Shown here: piece after piece, positions 26,101-38,100 of the stretch
Numbering within the stretch: the stretch's first letter is position 1
How the letters are laid out: each line of letters begins with the position of its first letter
Assembly (NCBI GenBank): GCA_965202585.1
Contig: OZ241831.1
Span: 45,384,001-45,448,000, forward strand
Source of the DNA: Thalia democratica
Lineage: Eukaryota
Direction of reading: 5' to 3'
Length of the DNA: 64,000 nucleotides
The notes under the pieces: model-generated
Databases searched by the model: none
The model's input: the letters and a program-made list of their open reading frames with translations, nothing else
Told to the model about the DNA's origin: nothing
Position numbers and translations under genes: made by a program

Positions 26101-29100
26101 ATTAACATGGTCTTATATGTATAATTTTTTTCTGATAGTGAAAATTAAGTTCTACAAAATAAGATCATCTTTTAAAAAAAATATCGACTCCCTATGGCCT
26201 TAATTACAAATGTTTAAATGTACCGGATTAAACTCTTTATTAAGTTTTAGATTTTTGTTGAGTTTTAAGTCCTTAATCATTAGTCAGTAGTTGTTTTAAC
26301 TAATAATTAACTTTTCTTGTTGTACATTGACATTGATATATATGCTTTATATGATAGTTAAATTAAAACAAAAACTAGTCTGACCATGTCATAATGATGA
26401 TGTCACGTTTAATTGTACGTTGTAGCAGTAATATATAGTAATATTTTATTTATAGATTCAATACACTTTCATTTAATACTAATACAATGCATTTTTAAAT
26501 TGAAAAAGCATATAAATTAGCTTTACTATTAATTTTTTGAAGTTCCTTAAAAATATTGTTTTAATATATGTGTTCATACGTTTTTCTTATGTGTAGAGTC
26601 TTCCTTTCTTATAAAATAATATTTATTAAACAATTACAAATAGTTTTATTTAAATAATTTACTAAACAAAATGCCTACTTAAAGCTTACTTTTTACGCAT
26701 TTTATTAATTCTTAAGGTAATTGTCAATATGTAGGTTTATATTTAATAATTTTTTCATTAACTTTTGTTCATTTCTAAACAGAAATTGTAGTTAATATTA
26801 AAATATTTAGATTTCTATCAATTTAATTTATTCTTTAACATATTTTGGGTTTTGTGAAATTAGGTTCGTTAGAGAACCTTGATTTTAAGATATTAAGTAT
26901 ATGTTGTTAATGAAGTGTAGTCAATAAAATTTAAAATAAGTTTATCTGGTGCATAATTACATGTAGTGTATAAACTTTTTTTAACCTAATTATACATGTT
27001 TTAATTTAAGTTTATGTACAATACATACTTATAATGACTTCGTTCAAGCCAAATTAAAAATTTTACATAATTTTTGTTTAATAAAAGTTTTGTAAAACTT
27101 TCAATTTATTCACACCATTTATTTTATGATCTCTTCCGTCTATTATTTTAACAGTTTTTATCCAATTCCTACCAAAGCGTTAAACTGACATAATTTAATT
27201 AATCCAAAATAATTTCTATTAATAATTTTTTTAAATATTTTAGTCTTTTTATTTTTATCCTATGCAAGAATTTTAGATACTGTTTAAGTTATTAAAAAAG
27301 CTTAATTTCTGTAACAGCACCCGATAACCTGCTGGGAGCCGATTGACGAAGATTACTCCCGCATACTGCTGGGCAACTTGGACGGGGACCTGATGATGCT
27401 CGTTCTCAAGTTCGGTGATTCCCCTAACGTGGAACCAGGTGCGAGGAGACCGGTGCTGAGCTTAAACATTCACCACCTCGGCAAAGTGCGATTTGTTATT
27501 TTATACTCAAGTTAATGGCTCACGTTGTACGTGTTAAGTAATGTGAATTTTTCATTCACGTTATTTTATTATTTTTAATTTGGTTTGAAAAATCTAAAAT
27601 TTTTATAATACAAGGGTTTCGATTAGTGACACCAGTACTATTATAACTTACTTTTTTGTGGTTTTTCAATGTTTTTTCTGAGTAAGCACAATAAAATTTG
27701 AAACATTAATTCAAAACAACAGACTTCAATTCCGGAGTCCATCACCTATTTAGATAACTCGTTCGTGTACATTGGATCAAAATTCAGCGATTCCCAACTC
27801 ATCAAATTGAATGAAGGTGGGTGGAAAATTTTGATAAAAAATATATGTTTTGATATTTTTACTTTATATCATGCTTAGATAAACTGTTAACAATTTATTG
27901 AAAATAAATAAAAGGTGATAATAAAATATTTTTTATAAATTTTAGCACATACGCACTTAAATTTATTTCTTGTACTTAATGCCTTTAAACCTTTTGTCCG
28001 TGCAAATGAAAAATCAAATATTACTATATAAGTAACAATCATTTACTAAAAAAAAGATTCTTCACGATAAATTTTTAAACAAATTTTAACAGTTGAAGTT
28101 TTTTAGATAGCTTGTATGCAGTAAAACTTTATGTGCATGTTTTTGAACAATTAACAAGAAAGATGTTCAATAAAACCACTACTAAAAAAAATTAATTTAA
28201 GTATATAAATTATTTTAAAAAACCTAATAAATATTTGTAAACATGATTAAGGTAAATTAATTGTTATTTTATGTAAATGATAGAATATATATTTAGTTCA
28301 TATTTTTTAAACGCGACGCATATTACAAAGCAGTCTTACACATGTAACTTTTGTGTCATCTGTATGACTAAACTTTATACTTAGTGTCAAGTTTACCAAA
28401 AGTTTGCTATTATTAATATAGTATATAAGTAAATTATATTATATTATATTGTATAAGTTTTTTAATAAGCAAAAGTCAAGGTCTACTCAAATTGAATTTT
28501 GTTTTAAATAATTCAGGTACTACTTTTTTATACTTAAACAAACTCAAGAACTATTTCACAATAACATGTTTGTAACTTATGAATCAGTAAAAAAAAAATT
28601 AGCACTTAAAATAAATCTAACAGGCAATTCTTAAACTTTGGTTTTTCTAAAAAAGCTTTAAGTGTTATAGTTTTATAAATTGAATTGTCTAATAACATTT
28701 ATCCTGAAACAAGCTTGCATAAAATTTTGTTCAATGTTTTAATGCCCAGCAATGTACATGTTACATATAATATTACAATATTGAATTTTGTAACAGACGA
28801 TATACAAAACAATTAAACTAATAATCGGAACAATCACACAAATTTTCAGAGGGCGGAAACGGTGACGGTCCGCAGACGATCGAAGTTCTCGAGTCGTACG
28901 AGAACGTGGGACCGGTGGCGGACATGTGCGTGGTGGACTTGGACCAGCAGGGACAGTCGCAGCTGGTGACGTGCAGCGGGGCGTACAGGGACGGAAGCAT
29001 CCGCGTCATCAGGAACGGGATCGGAATTCAGGAGCACGCCTCCTTCGACATGAGCGTCAACGGTTGGTTGTGACAATCAATTTGATGTGGTGTGAAATAG

Positions 29101-32100
29101 TTGAGAAATGTTTCAATTGATTCTGAATAAGCTATTTAGTATTATAAAATAAATGGAAACTTTTGGTGTTAGCTTCAATGATTGGTCGTGAATTATAACG
29201 GGTAGAATGATAACTTATTTGTTGTTGTGTTAAAAAAACTTATAACATTTATTGAATGCGTTTTACCTATACATCATTTGAAATTAGAATAAGGTTTTTT
29301 AAACAAGTTTTTGATATGAAATGTTAAACTTAAACATAATTCCTTTTCGGGTTAGGCTTTGAAGACTAAATATATAAAGATAAAGAGCTAGGTGTTAACA
29401 ATTAAAGTTAGCAGTAAGGTAAAAAAGTTGAGGGTTTAATAATCATAATTAGTAGCCGAGCATTGATTTTTAGAGTGTACGAGTGACAGTTGAGCATCAG
29501 ATAACAACAAGATTATTATTTCTGGTTTAAATGTTGTAAAACTAACATTTTATTAAACCCTTTAATCTACCAGCCTTATAAGGTGGATAAACTTGTACAT
29601 TATACAGACTCGATGTTAAAATAAAAACTTTTTGCAAATAATAAAATAAGAGCTTGCAAATAAAAACAAATACTTCCAAACTAACATATTGATGAAACAA
29701 ACCTATATTAGGCATGTGGTCGTTGAGATTTTATGTGTTAAGTGAAAACAAATTTAATTGTCAATAAAAACGCAGGCATGTGGTCGTTGCGATTGGGGTG
29801 GGGCCTGGTGCAAACGGAAGCGGACAGGCAGAGGAAGGACTCGCTGGTGGTGAGCGGGATCGACCACTGCAGGATAATAAAGTTTTACGGGGAGGAGGCG
29901 GAAGAAGTGAACGTGGAGGGATTCGAAACTGAAGCGAGGTGCCTGTACGCATCCAATGTCGTGCATGATCAGATATTGCAGGTTTGAAGTTTGTAAATAA
30001 TGAAAATTTTTGGTTGTTTAAATGATTGTAAGCTTTCAATGGCCTTTATAATACAGTTTTGAAGGTTGTTTTAATTCGTAAAAAACATTGAAAAGAATTG
30101 ATTGATTGTTTGAAAAATGTTTACAAAATGTTAATTTGTTTTAAGTAAAACTTTTTAAATGCTCATTTATAATAACATCACAAGTTCTTATAAAAAATTA
30201 ACTAATATCTACAATCAGTACTTAAAATAAATATGATGTGTTGACACACCTTAACTTTATTTTTCATAATTTTAAATAATCAGGTCACTTCAAAAGAAGT
30301 CCGGCTGCTTACGGTAGATAACGGAAAGGGCGACTCAAACCCGGTCATTTGGACCCCGGATAAGGGCAGTCATATCACCATGGCAACCAGCAACAACTTT
30401 CAGTTGCTAGTGGCAACCATCGACCCCAGCAAAGAGGAATTTAATCAGCTGTTCTACTTCAACATCGCAAACAGTTAGTTTTGGGATCTTATTTTACACT
30501 AGTACTTTTTATGATGTTTTCGAAAATAGTATACAGTTTTTGTAAAGTATGAACAAATTAATAAGATTTATATTTTCACAGGAGACCTGATAAAGGAAGG
30601 GGAGAAGAATTTTAAGAACAACATCGCTTGCTTGAGTATTGATCCCATTTCATCACAGGAAAAAGATACGGATGCCGAAAATGTTTGTTTTTTAGTTTAC
30701 GAAATATTTTCAGAGACAACTAAACACTTTTTTACAAAAAACAAATAAATTAAATTAAGTCTCAACTAACTTATGCTTGTATGCGACGTTTAACGGTTAA
30801 TTATACCGATTAGTTTTATAAGACTATACAATCATAGATAGAAATGTTTATATAAAGTCCATTTTAAGTGACAACTCGTCATGAAATAATCTTGATTTTG
30901 AACTTTAAAGATTTTAACAACATACTCAACATTTTAACAGATGGAAACGGACAGTCAGGTGAACGAGAGAGCTTCTCTGTGTTCGGTCGGGTTATGGCGG
31001 GAAATGTCGATCAACATGCTGAGCATCCCTCACTTGCAACTACTGTACACTGATACGCTTTCTGAACGTTTGTTTTGTTTGATTTGGCTTAATTATGTTT
31101 TATATAAAATTTTTTCAATTTTTAATGCTTGTCCTTCCAGCAGTTATATGTACTTTTACTGAAAATTCATCTGTGCTTTGAGAACGGTGCATCTGTGCAT
31201 AGCAATATATTGTCTAACTATAAATTCAAATACGTATAAATTGAGTAGTTAAATTTATAGTCAATAACGTGAGCATATTCTTTCAAAAGACTCCATGTTT
31301 AAGTGTTTGTATTATCACGTGTACTTCTATTTTGTTTTTTTATATTTCAGATTACCAACCTCGATCTGTCGTCTTGGTCAATTTTGAAGGCATCAACTAC
31401 TGCCTGGTCACAATCGGAAACGGTCACCTGTTTTACTACAAAATCGACTGTAAAACAGGTCAGTTTGCTGTGCAGTGTTTAAAATTAAATACTGGTTTGC
31501 ATAAGTTCATTTTTCAAAGAATGAATTCATACTTTAATGTTTACGAAATAAGTTTTGATTTAATAAAATTGTTGTATTTATGACTCAAAATGATCTCAAT
31601 TTAAAATTAAGTTATTTTGAAAAAAGGTAAATTATAATATAAGTATCACAACAATAATTTCTGAATAGTAATTTAAAATAACCTTAAACTAACTAAAGTT
31701 TTATTTTAAGTTTTGGAAGATCAAAAAACTAAATAACCAATTATGATAATGAGAAATATTTGAAATTATTGAAAACTAACTAACATGAAATTATTCTAAG
31801 TTCTGCACACTAATTCAAAGTTACAAGTTAATTTTAAATCCACAAGTCAAATTGCTCGCGATCATTTTAAACTAATTTTCATTTAAATACTTAAATGTAA
31901 AAAATCAAAAAAAAAAAAAACGGTATAACTATAAAACTATAAAACAATGTGCATACATATATGTCCTACAACACTCTATATACTTTAAAATATAATTTTG
32001 ATTATAAACAATTTAAAATCATTCACCCTCCACTCAGGCGAGATGACGGACAAGAAGAAGATCCACCTGACCAACAATCCCCCCAAACTGAAACTTTTCA

Positions 32101-35100
32101 GGTCGAAGGAAGGAGCGTGCTCGGTGTTCTCGTGCAGCGACCGACCCTCGGTGGTGTACAGCAGCAACAAGAAGCTGGTGATCAGCTCGGTCAACATGAA
32201 GAAGGTCACCCACATGTGCGTGCTCGATTCCACAGGCTACCCCGAGAGGTATTTGTTTGGTATGAAAATAATAACAATAACTTATATTAAGTTGCTTGAA
32301 GCAAAAGTTTCATACATTAAACTTTTGTTATTTTAAAAATTTTAAATGCTGCGTGCTCGATTCAACTGGGCACCCAGAAAGGTGATTATTTGAATGGTGT
32401 AAAGTTACTAGTTTTACCGATCGACCGATTAGAATTGTTTTTTATGTTTATGCAGACCTGGGTATTAACTGACTTAATGCGTTATAACAATATCGACGAC
32501 GGTTACTTAAATGTTTAAAATTGATTCAGCTAAATAATATAATATAATAAAAATACATTTGAATTTATTATTTCAATATATCCGAGAGGTTTGTTTGTTT
32601 GGTTTATAATTACCAGTATCATTTCAGTCAAATAATTCAGTCTAAGTATGAACAATAATATCTCTCAACTTGAATAGACACTAAAGATAACTTTTAGTAT
32701 TTTTTTTTGAATCTTTTTAAAGCATTTTATTTTTGAATGCATTTTTAGTAACATATTTAATATATATAATAACTAAAGTTTATTTTTAAGCGGGGAAGCC
32801 CTCCTGACAGAACGTTGTATTTTATTTTAAATATAGTTAAATTAAATCTTGGGAGATAAAACTAATAATGTTAATGTACTGTATTTTTATCCTTGGTTGT
32901 GTGGCTTTTGATTTTTTTGAACTAAGATTGTTTTTATTTTCGTATTAGTTGTCTCAATGGTTTATAGAAATGTTGACTGCTGCTAACTTAAAAAAAGTAT
33001 GTAGACATACTTAACTTATTGTATAACATTAATTCTTGATTTGTGTACTATAACTTGTTGGTGTTTTAATATAAAAAATAAATAAATTTAAACTTTACAG
33101 TTAACTCTAACCCAATTGTTCGGTTACTTTTAAATAACTCACTTCAAGACCAGCTTTTTTATAATAATAATTTTGTTATTTCAGTTTGGCGATAGCAAGC
33201 GACAAAGTGGTGACGATCGGCAAAATAGACGCGATTCAGAAACTGCACATTCGCACTGTTAAGTTGGGAGAATGTCCCAGGAGAATCTGCTATCAGGTAT
33301 AATATTTTGTTGTTTTGATAACTACTTTTTGTAGTATTTAATTGTCCTAATGATTTATTTTATTGTAAAACAACGTTTTTTCTATGATTGTTGTTTTATT
33401 CACTCACAAAACCGTTATAAAACGAAATATACATTTTTAACATTTTGATTATTCAGTACACTTGAAAGCAACTAAAATATTAAGATATATATTTTTTACA
33501 GAAAGAAACACAGTCGTTCGCAGTGGGAACCATCAGGCACGAATACGTAGATGACAAATTGCAGCTGATACCTAATAAAAAGTGTGCTAGCACCACTGTG
33601 AGTTGTATACATACAACGATAAATAAACAGATAAACGCATACATATATAGCAAGGATATGTCTTGTTTTTATTTACTTTTATGAGTTTTAAGCTTGCTAA
33701 ACATGGTTGTTTAAACAAAAAAAATATGTACTATTTGCTGACTTTATAAGCCCATGTGAATATTTTTTGTTAAAACCAACTTAGATTTGCGTTTAATTAA
33801 AAACGCAACATCATTTAGTAACTACAACAATAGCACTTAAATTCCTTACTTTAAAGGCAACAAGAGTATGGAAGGATCGGAACAACGCGAGTAAATCTAC
33901 TTACAACTACGCCGGTGAAATGATATCCATCAGCAGTCTGATTATTTTGAACGCCGCCACGTTTGAAGGTTTGATTTAAATTTACACAAACAATTTGTTT
34001 TACCAAAAAAATTACTTAACAATAATTATACATACTGCAAGCTAATTAATTTTAGATTGTTTTTTTCTGTACAAACTAGGTTATTAGGTTAGTTTTTAAT
34101 ATATATATTTTTAATCTTTGTATAGCCTTATTGTCTCACGAGTAAACACAAAGATACTTATATAAATCAGCAATAACAATAAAAAAGAGGCAGACTAGAC
34201 ATCTACAGTTCAAAAATGTTTTTATCTTTCAAAAGATCCTGTGTTTAAATTTTGCAAAAAAACAACCAACTAAGTTATGAAAATGGTACTTCAATGAACG
34301 TTGTATATAATTTTTACTTGAATATTCCAAACAGTGATGTACTCATACGAGTATGCAAGTATTAAATAAAATTACTTTTAACTAAACAGTATTATATTGA
34401 TCAAAAAAGATTAACTTGACATCTAAGGTTAATAGTAGTTAAAAGTATTATATTTTTTTATAGTCTGTATGAATTTGTAAACAGCTTTATAACTTTCCAA
34501 ACAGTGATGTACTCATACGAGCTGGCGCAGTACGAGGAAGTGTTGTCGGTGATGTCGATGAAGGTTGGCGACGAGGTTTTGTACGTGTGCGGCACTGCCT
34601 ACGTGCTTGAAAACGAGAGTGAACCCAAGCAGGGACGGATACTGCTGTTCAAATACGACCAAGATACTAGTTTGTTCGAATGTTGTTATGCATAGTGTTT
34701 TAAAATAAATAATATGCTTTTAGATTAATGCTTGATAATAATAAACCAAACTTGTCTTGAAGAACTTAATTATATTGTTAGTCAAAGTATTTTGCTACAA
34801 ACAAACTATAAATAATTTAAAGCAAATTAAATTTCAGTTGAATTTACACTTTTAACTCATTAGGTCGATAAAAATTTAACGTTTACAAGATTCACATTAA
34901 ACTAGATTGTTTTTATACTGTTGATTTAAATAAATGTTGAATAATGGTATACTTAATTGGATTTTTGCATTAACTTACTTTTTATACGCAGTTTTGAAAA
35001 GTCTGAACTCTAATTTTTAAAATCTATTTAGATTTTATTTTAGAACTTGCTGAAACTTGTAATTTTTTTACAAATATTAACAAAAGTATTTTAAACAGAC

Positions 35101-38100
35101 AATTTGAATTTGTTTTCGGAAACTCTGGTTAAAGGTGCGGTTTATTCGGTTGGTAATTTGAAGGGCAACCTTGTGGCTGCAATCAATAATCAGGTATGTT
35201 TTATGTAAACTTTTTGATATCATTTTAGCATACTATTACAGACAACACAACGTTTTGCTCTTGTGTAAAATTATAAAAGATCATCAGTTGTTAAAATAAT
35301 TCTTATTCAAGTAGAATCACATTGTTAAAAAGAGTCAATAAAAAAGTATTTCCAGCTCCTAGGTATATTTTTTTTAAAGTACTTCCAAAAGAGAATTTTT
35401 TATGTGCATTAAGTTTTATAATGGAGGCTACAACTAAATACTTTTAATAAATGTCCCCTTAAAAACTATATTATTTCTACCACCAACAAGTAGTCTTTTT
35501 GAAAAGTATTTGAAAATAAATCGAACAAATTATCTGCTTAGAAGCTTGAAATAATCGTAATCTAACCAAAACTTCACAGGTATTTAAAATAGTTTTCAAA
35601 ATCAGACAAGAAATTAAATAATGTAATTAAGCAAGCTAGTTCAAACAAGCTGAAGTGTAATTTTATAAGTTGTCTATTGCAAAACAATTCTATTTTTACT
35701 TAAAACCATATCATTTTCGTCAAAAAAGTTAAAAAAAATTATTCACAAAAAAAAAGGTTCGACAAGTTTTTTATATATATATATTTAAGTTACAACCAAA
35801 CAAACAATATCAAACAGGTATCAGTGTACAAGTTGAATATGGAGAGCGAGTGCAAGCTGGTACAGGAAACTACCAAGTACGGCAACGTGATAATAGTGCA
35901 CATGAAGGTGTACGAGGACAAGATACTGATCGCCGACCTGATGAGGAGCATGTCCGTGTACAAGTACAAGGAAAAAGAAGGCCTTCTCGAAGAAGTTTGA
36001 AACTTGTACATTGTGATGTTTTTTTTGATTCTGATGTTTTAAGTAGTTGTTGTAACTAATTTCTCGATTCAGTATTTAAATTAAATTAATTATTTTTAAT
36101 TCAGAGATGACAATTAGCAAATAACTAACCAAGTATTTAGTTTTTCAAAATATGTTTGTCTGTTAACTACATTTAGATGAATAAGTTTTGAAGTTCAGGT
36201 ATTGCTTTTTAAAGAAAGCTAAAAGTTGAGTTAATCTGTTCACGTACAGTTTTTCACTTTTTAAATCAGCTAATTTGCCTTTTTAGTTCTTTTTTAACCT
36301 GTGACGTTTCGAACATGAGTCTCATAAAAACACAGTTTCCGTAAATTATAGCTTTTTTGTTTTCCCTAAAATGTTAATTAAAGTAAAAGTTCATAAAGTG
36401 TTGTTATGTTAAAGTCTTCAGGACACAGTTCAGTGATAGATTTGTTTCAAGCAACTTTTCTATTAAATTTTGTAAACAGGAGTCGCGAGATTACAACCCG
36501 AATTGGATGTCGGCATGCGAAGTCATTGATGCGGAAACTTACATTGGAAGCGAAAATTTCAACAACGTCTTCGTTTGCCAGCGACAAAGGTTTGGTTGGG
36601 ATGTAAACTTACTTTAAGAGATGATTTTAAATAATTACTTATTTCATGAAAGTTGTCATTTAACAAAAAAAGACAATGTGTTGACTTTAAATTTATCATA
36701 TAAACAAATTTATTATGAATTAAGTAAGGTTTTTCTATCACAAGGACTCTATTTATAAGACAAAAAAAAATAATTAAATAATATTTAATTTGTATAGCAT
36801 TTAAAATTAATATAAACAAACCCCAGTGTCAGGGACCAATCAGACAGCAGCAGTTACGCGGCGGAAAGAATGGAAGAAGTGGCCATGTTCAACGTGGGAG
36901 ACCTGATTAATTGTTTTCAGAGGGGCAGCCTGGTCATGGACTCCGTCGTTGAAACTGAACTCAAAACAAGGGTGGGTAGAAATAAATAGTTTTGTTTATG
37001 TATATATAAAAAAAAACAGTGCTTTTTGTATTTTATAGCAAAGTTGTGGGTAATAAAAAAGTCTTGTTTGTATAAGTTAAGAGAAGATCGCTCTAAATTT
37101 TATACCACGTTTAATATTTAATAAAATCAAAGTTATTTAAACAAAGAAACTGATATAACTTATTCAAATATTTTACCCTTGCAGAATTGTTTGTATTTAG
37201 GTTACTAAATTGTTAACCAAGCAATTGAAAAAAATGAACTTAATTCTCAACAGCACTCGGAGTCGATATTGTTCTACTCACATACTTCTAACATTTTAAT
37301 ACCAAATAATTTACATGCTTTTTAAAATATAATAGAATTTAAAATATAATAGACTAACAAAACTTTTCTTGACCTTTTTTTGTAGCACTCGGAGTCGTTA
37401 TTATACGGAACGGTGACGGGTTCCATCGGGATGATCCTCCCGATCGAGGAAGAATCTTTCGAATTCCTCTCCAGGATTGAGAGGAAGATGGAGGTTGAGA
37501 AGGAGGGAATCGGTGGGTTGAAACACGACAAGTACCGCAGTTTCAGGTTTTAATAATATTCTGTATTTTATAATTATTAAATTAACAGTGTCAAGTTTTA
37601 TTGTCAAATAGATATGTTAACGACCGTAGTTTCAGGTTTTAATTTGTTTGTTAAGTTTTAAATAATGAAGTATTTTGTTTCTAAAATATTTCTAAAATAT
37701 GCTGCACATTTTATCAAAAGTTAAACAGATATATTTTTTGTACGCAATATTTTTGTATGCAAAGTTTTATTAACAAATAAATTACAAGAATGAAAATTCT
37801 GAAAATAAACATAGAAATTAAAACAAAACTATAAATGTGATTAATATATTTAATTTTTTAAGTTCATTAATTTTCAAATAATGAATAATCTGTAAAAGTG
37901 ATACATATCTTTATCGTGTGTTAAATTTTTGACAAATAAATTATAACAAAGATAAACCTGAAGGAATGGCATTAAATTTAAAAAAATAAAAGTAACAAAA
38001 TCAGTCATTTAATTTCACCACAGAACCACCACACTGTGGTTTTTATTCAAAAATTAACACGTTACATTTATACTTTCAGACCCTATTTTAAAATTAACAC

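Noticed and set aside
28818-30039. Several 60-92 aa ORFs on both strands in the ORF track (also at 31949-32233, 35790-36059, 37322-37607, 38094-38344)
   Set aside because: They are antisense or off-frame shadows of GC-rich DDB1 exons, where stops are rare; no independent evidence.
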